Assembly: GCA_949282555.1 (NCBI GenBank)
Contig: CASDPK010000008.1
Span: 3,108-67,107 of the forward strand
DNA from: an uncultured Lentisphaeraceae bacterium
GTDB lineage: Bacteria; Verrucomicrobiota; Kiritimatiellia; RFP12; DVOR01
Direction of reading: 5' to 3'
DNA: 64,000 bases
Made by a program: the position numbers and the translations under genes. Positions within the stretch are counted from its first letter, which is position 1; the number at the start of each line of letters is the position of its first letter. This document shows positions 45,919 through 55,310 of the stretch, one piece after another. The notes below the pieces were generated by a model. The model searched no databases. It was not told the origin of the DNA and saw only the letters and a program-made list of their open reading frames with translations.

Positions 45919-46803
45919 TCAGTGTTTGGAGGCTGCGGTCGAAAGGGCAACGCCGGCGAGAGTGAGGACGACCCCAAGGAGAATGAGGCCGGTGAGGGGC
46001 TCATTCAGCACAAGCGCGGCGGCAAAGACGCCGATCACAGGGTTGAGATAGAGGCAGAGCGTGGCGCGGATGCCGCCGAGGCGGACGACCGCGAGATTCC
46101 ACGCCGCATAGCAGAGGGCACTGGCGAAGAGTCCGAGGAAGAGCAGCCGCCACAGTCCGCCCCACGCGAGGAGGGGCTCCAGCCGCCAAGCCTCCGCCTC
46201 CATGGCGCAAAGCGGGAGCATGAGCAGAAGCCCCCACAGGAAGATTCGGCGGGTCACGGCGAGCTCCCCGGCGGGGTGGGGCACGTGTTGCGGGATGAGG
46301 GTGTAAATGGCCCATGTCAGCGCGCCGAGCGCCGCCAAGCCCGCCCCCAGCCATGCGCCTTCGAGCTGCCGGAGGTCGCCGCGCGTGACGGTGAGGGCGA
46401 CGCCGGCAATGGCCAAGGCAAAGCCGATCCAATAACCCTTCGTCAGGCGTGCCCCTTTGCCGAGGCAGCGGGCGATGAGGGCCGTCATCAGCGGCGCCGT
46501 GCAGACGACCACCGAGACCATGCCGGCGCTTCCGTGGATGAGCGCGAGATTCTCAAAGAAAAAGTAGAGCGAGATCCCCAGCGCGCCCGAGAGCGCCAAC
46601 CGTCCTTCCGTTCGCCAGCCCTGCCATCTGAGCGGGCGGGGGGAGAGCGCCCACAGGGCCGCGTAGCCAACGACAAAGCGCAGAAAAAGGATCTGCGTGG
46701 GCGGAAGGGAGGCCAGCAGTTGCTTGGTGGTGACGAAGGTCGTCCCCCAAATCACGACAGCGATGAGGCAGAGGATATAACCGGAAAGGGTGGAATTGCG
46801 CAT
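45919..46803 (-). CDS. EamA/DMT family transporter
   Basis: Ten TM helices. N-terminus LIAVVIWGTTFVTTKQLL is characteristic of EamA. Confidence 0.75.
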   Translation of the reverse strand: MRNSTLSGYILCLIAVVIWGTTFVTTKQLLASLPPTQILFLRFVVGYAALWALSPRPLRWQGWRTEGRLALSGALGISLYFFFENLALIHGSAGMVSVVVCTAPLMTALIARCLGKGARLTKGYWIGFALAIAGVALTVTRGDLRQLEGAWLGAGLAALGALTWAIYTLIPQHVPHPAGELAVTRRIFLWGLLLMLPLCAMEAEAWRLEPLLAWGGLWRLLFLGLFASALCYAAWNLAVVRLGGIRATLCLYLNPVIGVFAAALVLNEPLTGLILLGVVLTLAGVALSTAASKH

Positions 46804-46859
46804 GGCGAAGAGGGGGCGCGGAGGGGCCTACGGTTGGGGAGATGCGACCCTGGCGGGGG

Positions 46860-47471
46860 TCAGCACGTCATCGCGGGCACACCAAAAGCAGTGGCGCCGG
46901 AACGGAGATTGGAAAGGAGCACGGCGCCCGCACCGAGGGTACACCCGTCACCGACGGTTTTCCCGGGCATCACTTTGGCCCCGGTGTGCAGGGTCACACG
47001 GTCTCCGAGGCGGGCGTGGCCCCCGACGAAGGCGGTGGTATCCATGCGGAGGAAGGCGCCGGCCCGGACATCGTGCCCCAAGACTGCCCCGGTCTGAAGG
47101 AAGGGGAAAGGGCCGGTGGCGGCATCGGCGCCGATGTAGGCAAAGGGCGCAATGACAGCGCCTGGGCCAAGATCGGAGCGGAGGATTTTTGCCTGCGGGT
47201 GGAGCAGATCGGCAAAGGTGGCGCCCCGGGCGATGAGACGCTCAACGCAGGCGACCCGGAGATCGTTTCGGCCGATGGCGCAGAGGATGGGCGCCTCCAC
47301 GGGGGCAGTGTCCACACCGCCGACGATGGGGGGATAGCCTTGAAGCCCGGCCAAGGCGTTGGGGGCGTCATCAATGAAGCCGATGGGCTCCATGCCGGCA
47401 TCGAGGGCCCAGTGGAAGACCTCGCGGCCGAGGCCGCCGGCCCCGAGAATCAGCACGCGGCGCGCGCTCAC
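46860..47471 (-). CDS. NeuD/PglD-family sugar O/N-acetyltransferase (left-handed beta-helix)
   Basis: N-terminal Rossmann-like RVLILGAGGLGREV, then hexapeptide repeats. 4-bp overlap with the upstream gene. Confidence 0.7.
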   Translation of the reverse strand: MSARRVLILGAGGLGREVFHWALDAGMEPIGFIDDAPNALAGLQGYPPIVGGVDTAPVEAPILCAIGRNDLRVACVERLIARGATFADLLHPQAKILRSDLGPGAVIAPFAYIGADAATGPFPFLQTGAVLGHDVRAGAFLRMDTTAFVGGHARLGDRVTLHTGAKVMPGKTVGDGCTLGAGAVLLSNLRSGATAFGVPAMTC

Positions 47472-49579
47472 TTCCCGGTCTCCCGTTCCTTGGGCAACAG
47501 CTCCGCGTAGGCTTGGTAGTGGCGCTTCACGCCCACACCATCGACGAAGCGCCCCACATCAATGAGCAATTGCCCATAAGCGGGGATATAGCGGTCTTTC
47601 TCTTCCTTCGTGGAAACGGTGGAGGCGATCAGTCGGGCCATCCGCAACCCCTCTGCCTCGCGTCCCTTTTGGTGGGCGATGCAACGGGCCTCGAAGAAAC
47701 GCGAGGCGGCGATGTCTTCCGGGGAGCGGGAGGCTTCGACGACTTGGCGCACCAAGGGCTCGGCTTCGGCGTAACGCTTGGCCTCAAAGAGGAAGTCGGC
47801 GTATTGGATGAGGTAGGGGAGCGCCTCGGGTGCCAATTCGCCGGCGAGGCGGTAGAAGGGTTCGGCACGGTCGGGTCTGCCGGCCTTTCGGGCGACGGTG
47901 GCGGCCTCGAGCACGGCGGGAAGGCTGGGTTGCGCGAGCGCAAAGGCCCGGGCATAGCCTTCGAGGGCTTGGCGGTGTTCGGCGATCTTTTCAAGGTCAC
48001 GCGCGGAGCGGAGCTCGCGATCGGCGAGTCCCAGCAGGAAGGGGTCGGTGGGATTGCCGCGCGAGGCGTCCCGGTAGTCGCCGAGCATCGCCTTGCGGCG
48101 GGCCTCGCGCAGGGCCAAGAGCACCTGCCGTGTCTCCGTTGCGGTCGCTTCCGGCACGGAGACCCACGGCATTTCGGTATCATAGACGCTGGCGAAGTCG
48201 GCCAGCAGGCGCTGTCCGCCGAGGCCATCGAAGAGCAATTTCCGGGCTTGGCGGTGTTCGCCGCGGGGGATGCGCGGGGCGATGGGATCTTGCAACGCGG
48301 CTTCGATGGCCGCAGGGTCGGCACTGACGCAAGAGGGGAGCAGGAAGACCGGCGACAGGAGATTGACGGAGGCAAGCGCCGCGGCAACGGCGGGGCGGTC
48401 AAGCAGATCGACGATCGCGGCGAAGTCGGCCGCAATCGGTTGACGGGAGGCGACGATCTGCCAGCGATTGACCCCCGTCATCCATAGCTGGGCATGGGGG
48501 AGGTGCGCGCGCAGAACGCCGAGGCGTTCCATGATCATCCGTGCGTCGAGGGCGCGTGCGTCGAGGTCGTAGACCAAAAGGCCGTTGTCCTTGAGATGGC
48601 TCAACGCCGCATCGAGCGCGGCGGCCCCAAAGTAATCGGCCTCTTCCGGAAGCCATGCGGGGGGAAGCTCCACCCAAAGGGCGTCGTACTGGCCGCGGAG
48701 GGTGCCGGTCTCATAGGTCGGGAGCGCGGGCGCACCGGCTTGGGGACGCACGGCGATGCGGGCCTCGGCGGCGGGACGGAGGAGGGTGGGGATGAATTGG
48801 GAGGCGAAGAGGGAAGCTTCGTCGAGGCCGACGGCACGAACCACACGGCCTTCGCGAAGGGCCACGCCGGCCGTGCCGGTGCCGAGGTAGTGGCTGTCAC
48901 GTGCCGCGATGGTGGCAAAGGGATTCACCGAGGCGAGGGGCTCCAACCGGGTGCGGTTGGAGAGGAAGTACCAACCAAGGAGGAAGAGTGCCGCGAGGGC
49001 GAAGGAGAGGCTTTTGGCCCAGCGCCGGGAGCATTCCACGGCAAGCCACAGCGGGGCGGACAGCAGTGTCCCGACCAAACAGAGGTCTATTAGGGAGACC
49101 GTCGCGACGCGTCCGGCAAGAAGTCGGGCCAAAATGAGGCCCAAGCAGGCGCCGATGAAGACCGTGAGGCGCCCGCGCGGCACACCGTTGAGCTTCCAAA
49201 GGAACGGAAGAGCGAATGCGATGGGCGCGGCCCACCACAACGCCCGGGCAAGGACGAAGCCGTGCCATGCCTCATAGGTCAGCCCCATGCGCATGGAAAG
49301 GAAGGTCCACGCCTTCACGACGCCCTCCGTGTCGCCAAACGTGGCAAAGGCCAGCACCGCAACGAGCGTGCAGAACCCGGCACAGACCTTCGGCCCGACA
49401 CGTCCGGAGGCGAAGGAAGAAAGAAGCCATGCCACCCCAAGCCCCACCACGACGGAGGCGAGGGCCGCGATGGACCAAAGCCCCATGCCACCCGCCCAAA
49501 GGGCGTAGATGCGGGCGGAAAGCCCGCACAGGAGCGATGAGAAAAACGCGAACAGGAAGAGGAGCGAAAGACGGATCAT
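47468..49579 (-). CDS. Polytopic membrane protein with spermidine-synthase-like domain and C-terminal TPR repeats
   Basis: About 8 N-terminal TM helices. Middle block YDALWVELPPAW...FGAAALDAALSHLKDNGLLVYDL resembles the SpeE C-terminal core. TPR-like helices follow at the C-terminus. Confidence 0.5.
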   Translation of the reverse strand: MIRLSLLFLFAFFSSLLCGLSARIYALWAGGMGLWSIAALASVVVGLGVAWLLSSFASGRVGPKVCAGFCTLVAVLAFATFGDTEGVVKAWTFLSMRMGLTYEAWHGFVLARALWWAAPIAFALPFLWKLNGVPRGRLTVFIGACLGLILARLLAGRVATVSLIDLCLVGTLLSAPLWLAVECSRRWAKSLSFALAALFLLGWYFLSNRTRLEPLASVNPFATIAARDSHYLGTGTAGVALREGRVVRAVGLDEASLFASQFIPTLLRPAAEARIAVRPQAGAPALPTYETGTLRGQYDALWVELPPAWLPEEADYFGAAALDAALSHLKDNGLLVYDLDARALDARMIMERLGVLRAHLPHAQLWMTGVNRWQIVASRQPIAADFAAIVDLLDRPAVAAALASVNLLSPVFLLPSCVSADPAAIEAALQDPIAPRIPRGEHRQARKLLFDGLGGQRLLADFASVYDTEMPWVSVPEATATETRQVLLALREARRKAMLGDYRDASRGNPTDPFLLGLADRELRSARDLEKIAEHRQALEGYARAFALAQPSLPAVLEAATVARKAGRPDRAEPFYRLAGELAPEALPYLIQYADFLFEAKRYAEAEPLVRQVVEASRSPEDIAASRFFEARCIAHQKGREAEGLRMARLIASTVSTKEEKDRYIPAYGQLLIDVGRFVDGVGVKRHYQAYAELLPKERETGK

Positions 49580-49586
49580 GGTGGGC

Positions 49587-52500
49587 TCAAGCTTCACGCG
49601 GCACGTAACGGCGGCGGTTGTTTCGGGGTTCCAAAAAGATGTCGGAGGAGCGTAGGGCATAACCGACGGTGTTGCGGCCCCAAAGGGCCTCCAAGGCGGC
49701 AATGCACTCGGCAGAGGGATCGACGGTCCAAGAGGCGTCGGGCTCAAAGGTGACGGAGCGGCCCGGAAGATCCAGCGTCAAAGACACGGGGAAGCCTCCG
49801 GGGTGGGCGGCAAGGAGATCGCGGAGGCGCTCCAGCCGCTCTGCGGAGGGCTTATCGTTGTTCACCTTGCAATGGATGCGGAGACTTTTGCCGAACTTGG
49901 CGGGGGCCTCGGTGAGAGGATAGATCTCGCTGGCGAAGAGGGTTGGGTCGCGCCCCTCCTCAAACTTCACACTGCCACAGACGAGCACCGCAGTGTCGGC
50001 GACGATGGCGGAGCGGAACTTTTCGTAGGCATCGAAGGCAAGGATCTTGCAGGTGCCGGTGCCGTCGTCGAGCGTGAGTTCGGCCCAAGGACGCTTCGTT
50101 TTCTTGGAGATGGCCTCGCGGACGGAGGAGAGATATCCCGCGACGCGAACGGCATCTCCGGACTGGACGGGGTTGGCGGGACGGTGGCTTTCATCGGTTT
50201 GCGGGCCGGAGAGTGTGAGCTTCTCCGCTGTGACGGTTTGGAAGGAGCGCACGAGCGACCGGTAGCGATCAACGGGATGACCGGTGAGGTAGACCCCGAG
50301 GAAGTCGCGCTCGTCTTGAAGGCGCTCCTTCTCGGGGCGTTCGGGGGCGTCCGGGAGATCCTCGCCTCCGAAAGAGCCGGCATCCGCGCCCCCCAACATA
50401 TCAAAGAGGGAGGTTTGGCCGCTGGCGCCATCACGGTCGGCATCCGCCACACGTGAAAAGGCGAAGTCAATGCCGTTCAGAAGGCGTCCTTGGTGCGTTT
50501 CCGTGAAGCAGGCCATCGCGCCGCTGCGGATCAGGGCTTCGACGGCGCGTTTGCCCACCAGCAACTTGTTGTCGTTGGCGGCTCTGGCCTCCGCACCGCA
50601 GAGGCGCTTGCAGAAATCCACGAGGCCTTTGTAGGGGCCGTTGCGGAGGCGTTCGGAGACGATAAGGTCGCCGGCGGCTTCACCGACATTGCGGATGGCG
50701 CCGAGTCCGAAGCGGATGGCGTCCTTCCCCTCCGGGAAAAAGTGGCTTCGGGAGGCGTTGACATCGGGGGGGAGCACCCGCAACCCCATGTCCGCGGCGG
50801 CACTGACGAGCGCGGGCATCTTGTCGAAATTGCCGATTTCCGACGAGATTTGCGCGCACATGAAGTCCGCCGGATAGTGGGCCTTGAGATAGCCGGTCTG
50901 ATAGGCCACGTAGGCGTAGCAAACGGAGTGTGACTTGTTGAACGCGTAGGAGGCGAAGGCCTTCCAGTCGCCCCAAATCTTTTCGGCGCGCTTTCGGGCA
51001 TCCTCTTCGCCCGCGCAGGCGGCCATGAAGTCGGGGTTCTTGAGGCAACCTTCCAGGAACTTGACGTAGAGTTTCTCCATCGTCTCCAGTTGCTTTTTGC
51101 CCATCGCCTTGCGCAACGTGTCGGACTCGCCTCGCGTGAAACCTCCCAGCAGACGCGAGAGCAACATCACCTGTTCCTGGTAGACGGTGATGCCGTAGGT
51201 GTCCTTGAGGTATTTCTCCATCAGCGGGTGGTCGTAGGTGATTTTCTCCTCGCCGTGCTTACGCTTGATGAAGGACGGGATGTAGGCCATGGGGCCGGGC
51301 CGATAGAGGGCGTTCATGGCCACCAAATCCTCGAACCGGTTGGGGCGGAGTGAACGCAAATGGGCCTTCATGCCGTCGGATTCAAACTGGAAGAGGCCGT
51401 CCGTTTCGCCGCGGGAGAAGAGTTCAAAGGTCTCTTTGTCATCGATGGGGATCTTCTCCATGTCCACATCCAGGCCGTGCGACTCTTTGATCGAAGCAAG
51501 GCAGGCCTTGAGGACGGACAGCGTCTTGAGTCCGAGAAAGTCCATCTTCAGCAAGCCGATGGGCTCAACGAAGTGCCCATCGTATTGCGTGGTCATGAGG
51601 CTTTCGTTTGCCGTGGGAATGATGGGGATGGTCTCCATCAGCGGATCGCGGCTGATGATGATGCCGCAGGCATGCACGCCAATGTTGCGTGTGGTTCCCT
51701 CCAACCGGACGGCCAATTCCATGATCTCGCGTTTGGTGGGGTCCGGACCGTCCAGCAGTTCCTTGAGCTTGGGATTCTCCTCAAAGGCCTTCTTAAAGGT
51801 GATCTTCGGGGCTTCGGGGACGAGGGCGGCGAGTGCGTTGGCCTCGGCGATGGGATAATCCATCACGCGGCAGACGTCTTTGATGGCACTTTTGGGCGCC
51901 ATGATGCCGAACGTCGCGATGTGCCCCACATGATCCGCCCCATACTTTTGGGTCACCCACTCCAACACTTGGCCGCGCCCATTGTCGTCGAAGTCCACGT
52001 CGATATCCGGCATGGAGATGCGATCGGGGTTGAGGAAACGTTCAAACAGCAGGTCGTAACGGATGGGGTCGATATCGGTAATCCGAAGGGCATACGCCAC
52101 GGCGCTGCCGGCCGCGCTGCCGCGTCCGGGGCCAACGATAACCCCCAAACCACGCGCGGCGGCGATGTAATCCTGAACGATCAGGAAGTACCCCGGGAAC
52201 CCCATCTGCTTGATGGTGTTGAGCTCGAACTCCAACCGCTCGCGGATCTCCGCCGTCAGTGCGTCCCCGGGCCAACGCTTTGCCGCGCCCTCCCAGGTCA
52301 GATGGGACAAATAGTCGCTTTCAAGTTTGATGCGGACGACCTTGTCGTAACCGTCAAACTTGTCATAACGCTCAAACTCCTTCCGCAAGGCCGCCTCGTC
52401 AAAGCGCTCGGCGTATGCCTTCTCGGTGCCGAACGACTCCGGAATGGGGAAAACGGGCATGATGGGGGCGGAGTTGAGCTCGTATTCCTCCACCTTTGCG

Positions 52501-53366
52501 GCCACTTCAAGCGTATTGTGGATTTGCTCCAGGCAGTCCGGAAGCGTGGCGCACATCTCTTCGTAACTCTTGAACCATTCCTGCTGGGAATAGCGAAGGC
52601 GCTTGGTGTCCGAGAGTTTCTTTCCCGTGCTCACACAGAGGAGCACATCATGCGCCGGGCCATCTTCCTGCCGCAGGAAGTGAACGTCGTTCGTGGCGAT
52701 GGTCTTGACGCCGAGTTTCCGGCCAAGGGCCAAAACGCCGGCATTTACCTTGAGCTGGCGCTTGTAGACTTCCTCGTTGAGTTGCTCAGCAAAGCCCGGC
52801 ACCTCCGAACGGTGCAACATGATTTCGAGATAGTAATCCTCGCCGAAGAGACCTTTGTACCACTGGACGAGACGCTCCGCCTCGTCCATGCGGTCTTCTT
52901 CGATCATTCTTGGCACAATCCCCGCCAAGCAGGCCGATGAACAGATAAGCCCTTCGTGATAACGCTCAAGAAGCTCCGTATCAATGCGCGGCCGCCCGTA
53001 AAAGCCATCGATGTGCGCAATGGAGATGAGCCGCAGAAGGTTGTGGTAGCCCGTCAGATTCTTGGCCAGCAGGATAAGGTGGTCGCCGCTGCGCACCGTC
53101 CGGTCCTTGTGCCCCAAGCGCGCCACGTAGGCTTCGCATCCGAGAATCGGCTTGATGCCTTCTTTGCGGCAAGCGTCGTAAAACGCCTTCAGCCCGTACA
53201 GATTTCCGTGATCCGTGATGGCACACGCCGGCATTCCCAGTGCTTTTGCACGTTTCACCAACGCCGGAACCTGGCAAGCGCCGTCCAACAATGAATAACC
53301 CGTGTGCACATGCAAATGCACGAACGGCACCGTTGTCTCCGCCTCGCTCTTGGACTCTCCACTCAT
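49587..53366 (-). CDS. dnaE: DNA polymerase III alpha subunit
   Basis: PHP domain VHLHVHTGYSLLDGA, and the polymerase core GLLKMDFLGLKTL, FNKSHS. Confidence 0.95.
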   Translation of the reverse strand: MSGESKSEAETTVPFVHLHVHTGYSLLDGACQVPALVKRAKALGMPACAITDHGNLYGLKAFYDACRKEGIKPILGCEAYVARLGHKDRTVRSGDHLILLAKNLTGYHNLLRLISIAHIDGFYGRPRIDTELLERYHEGLICSSACLAGIVPRMIEEDRMDEAERLVQWYKGLFGEDYYLEIMLHRSEVPGFAEQLNEEVYKRQLKVNAGVLALGRKLGVKTIATNDVHFLRQEDGPAHDVLLCVSTGKKLSDTKRLRYSQQEWFKSYEEMCATLPDCLEQIHNTLEVAAKVEEYELNSAPIMPVFPIPESFGTEKAYAERFDEAALRKEFERYDKFDGYDKVVRIKLESDYLSHLTWEGAAKRWPGDALTAEIRERLEFELNTIKQMGFPGYFLIVQDYIAAARGLGVIVGPGRGSAAGSAVAYALRITDIDPIRYDLLFERFLNPDRISMPDIDVDFDDNGRGQVLEWVTQKYGADHVGHIATFGIMAPKSAIKDVCRVMDYPIAEANALAALVPEAPKITFKKAFEENPKLKELLDGPDPTKREIMELAVRLEGTTRNIGVHACGIIISRDPLMETIPIIPTANESLMTTQYDGHFVEPIGLLKMDFLGLKTLSVLKACLASIKESHGLDVDMEKIPIDDKETFELFSRGETDGLFQFESDGMKAHLRSLRPNRFEDLVAMNALYRPGPMAYIPSFIKRKHGEEKITYDHPLMEKYLKDTYGITVYQEQVMLLSRLLGGFTRGESDTLRKAMGKKQLETMEKLYVKFLEGCLKNPDFMAACAGEEDARKRAEKIWGDWKAFASYAFNKSHSVCYAYVAYQTGYLKAHYPADFMCAQISSEIGNFDKMPALVSAAADMGLRVLPPDVNASRSHFFPEGKDAIRFGLGAIRNVGEAAGDLIVSERLRNGPYKGLVDFCKRLCGAEARAANDNKLLVGKRAVEALIRSGAMACFTETHQGRLLNGIDFAFSRVADADRDGASGQTSLFDMLGGADAGSFGGEDLPDAPERPEKERLQDERDFLGVYLTGHPVDRYRSLVRSFQTVTAEKLTLSGPQTDESHRPANPVQSGDAVRVAGYLSSVREAISKKTKRPWAELTLDDGTGTCKILAFDAYEKFRSAIVADTAVLVCGSVKFEEGRDPTLFASEIYPLTEAPAKFGKSLRIHCKVNNDKPSAERLERLRDLLAAHPGGFPVSLTLDLPGRSVTFEPDASWTVDPSAECIAALEALWGRNTVGYALRSSDIFLEPRNNRRRYVPREA

Positions 53367-53435
53367 GCGCCCATTATAGCATGGACCTCCCACCGTTGGA
53401 ACCGCGGACCAAGTCGACGGACAGGCAACGGCCCG

Positions 53436-54032
53436 TCACAGTCCGTACGTTTGGTTGATGCCCTTGATGATGAGCCCAATGGCCAAACAGGTGAGAAGCA
53501 ACCCCATCAACGATTCCAAAGCGTCGAGACCGCGCCGCCCGAGCACGCGTGCGAGCGAACGCCCACAGAGCATGATGGACGTTTGGACCAGCCACGCGAG
53601 GGAGACGGCGGCGAGGCAGTTGGGAAGCGTGGCTTGGGGCACGCTGCCACGCAAGGTCGAAAGGATCGCGATCAGACCCGGGCCGCAGATCAGCGGAATC
53701 GCAAGCGGCACGATGAAGGGCTCCGCGTTGGATTCCGGGGCGCTCTCCGCCAAGGAGGCAAACACCATCTTGAGCCCTGTGAGGAAGAGAATGACGCCCC
53801 CGGCGATGGCAAGGGTTCCGGGCGCGATATGGAGCAGACCAAAGAACGCTCTTCCCGCCGTCAGCGCCAGCAACATCGCGATGAGCGCAAAGACGAGCTC
53901 CCGCAACAACACGCGGGTTTGCCGCTCGGGCGGCACATTCCGCAGGGTCGCCATGAACACCGGGAGATTCCCGAAGGGGTCCATGAGCATGAGGAAAAGC
54001 ATTGCGGTGCTGTAAATAAAGGGGAAATCCAT
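53436..54032 (-). CDS. MarC family (UPF0056/NAAT) membrane protein
   Basis: LFLMLMDPFGNLPVFMA... is the MarC signature. Confidence 0.75.
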   Translation of the reverse strand: MDFPFIYSTAMLFLMLMDPFGNLPVFMATLRNVPPERQTRVLLRELVFALIAMLLALTAGRAFFGLLHIAPGTLAIAGGVILFLTGLKMVFASLAESAPESNAEPFIVPLAIPLICGPGLIAILSTLRGSVPQATLPNCLAAVSLAWLVQTSIMLCGRSLARVLGRRGLDALESLMGLLLTCLAIGLIIKGINQTYGL

Positions 54033-54113
54033 CTTCCAGCTCTATGAAGCGTGAGACGCAAAGCGCCCATCGGGATGGGAAACACGTCGCTCAGCGTCTC
54101 TTCCAAAAAGATC

Positions 54114-54854
54114 TTACAGAATGCCGCTGGAGGTGTCCGCATCCGGAATGGGGCGGAGCGCGGCGAGTTTGGGGCGGGCACCGAAAAGGGCGGTCCCCAC
54201 GCGGATATCGGTCGCCCCCTCCTCAATGGCCACCTCAAAATCCCCGCTCATGCCCATGGAAAGGTGGGGCAGGTCAAGGCCGAACCGCGAAGCGAGGTCG
54301 TCGCGCAACGTCCGGAGGCGTGCAAAGTGAGGCCGGGCGTCTTCGGGGTCGGTACTGAAGGGGGCCATGGTCATGAGGCCGGTGAGCGAGAGCGCTTGGG
54401 CATTGGCCAAAATATGCTCGACGGTCTCGGGGAGCGCTTCCGGGGTGAGGCCGTATTTGGAGGGCTCACCGGAAACGTTCACCTCCAGGTAGATTTCCGG
54501 GCGGGTGCCGGCCTGTCGGGCGGCGGCCTCAAGCGTGTCAAACAGTTTGATGCTGTCCACGGAGTGGATGGTCTCAAAGAGACGCACGGCGTGGCGTGCC
54601 TTGTTGCTCTGAAGGTGGCCAATGAGCTGCCACCGGGCGGCGGCGGGGCACAGCGGAATCTTCCACGCGGCCTCTTGCACCTTGTTTTCCCCGAAGAGCG
54701 TCATGCCGGCGTCCACGGCGTCGCGGACGGTTTCGGGGCCATGGGTCTTGGTCACGGCCACAAGGGTGATGTCCTCTCCCACGCGCCCGCTGCGCTTGGC
54801 GGCGGCGTCAATGCGGGAAAGGAGCGCTTCGTAAAGGGGAATGAGATCGTTCAT
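54114..54854 (-). CDS. yggS: YggS family pyridoxal-phosphate homeostasis protein
   Basis: LVAVTKT (PLP-binding Lys), LIGHLQSNK, and MGMSGDF blocks. Confidence 0.85.
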   Translation of the reverse strand: MNDLIPLYEALLSRIDAAAKRSGRVGEDITLVAVTKTHGPETVRDAVDAGMTLFGENKVQEAAWKIPLCPAAARWQLIGHLQSNKARHAVRLFETIHSVDSIKLFDTLEAAARQAGTRPEIYLEVNVSGEPSKYGLTPEALPETVEHILANAQALSLTGLMTMAPFSTDPEDARPHFARLRTLRDDLASRFGLDLPHLSMGMSGDFEVAIEEGATDIRVGTALFGARPKLAALRPIPDADTSSGIL

Positions 54855-54892
54855 GGCAGACAAAGAATCGAACGGGTGAAACGGTCGGCCGC

Positions 54893-55303
54893 TCATCGCG
54901 CCGCGAGGGCTTGCCGCAACGCAAGCGGCGGGCGGCAGGGCTGGTGCGTCTCGGACGAGATGAAGGCGAGGTCGGTGGTGCCCTCCAAGACGCTCTCTCC
55001 GGCGGCGTTTCGCACGTCATAGCGGAAGTGGATGGTGGCCCGCACGGGTTCCTCCACGAAGACGTGAACGGTGAGCACTTCGTCGTAGAGGGCCGGGCGA
55101 TGATAGCGCAGATGAACATCCACAAGCGGGGTCATGACGCCTGCGGCCTCCATCTCGGCATACGAACCGCACCCGAGATGACGGAGGGCCTCGCCGCGCG
55201 CCTCTTCAAGGTAGAGAAGATAATTGCCGTGCCAGCAGACCCCCATCTGATCGGTCTCGGCGTAGCGGACACGGACGGTGTGTTCGTAGTGGTAGGGCAA
55301 CAT
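54893..55303 (-). CDS. Hotdog-fold acyl-CoA thioesterase (YbgC/4HBT-like)
   Basis: VRVRYAETDQMGVCWHGNYLLYLEEAR is the 4HBT motif. 4-bp overlap with yggS. Confidence 0.75.
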   Translation of the reverse strand: MLPYHYEHTVRVRYAETDQMGVCWHGNYLLYLEEARGEALRHLGCGSYAEMEAAGVMTPLVDVHLRYHRPALYDEVLTVHVFVEEPVRATIHFRYDVRNAAGESVLEGTTDLAFISSETHQPCRPPLALRQALAAR

Positions 55304-55310
55304 GGGAGCC

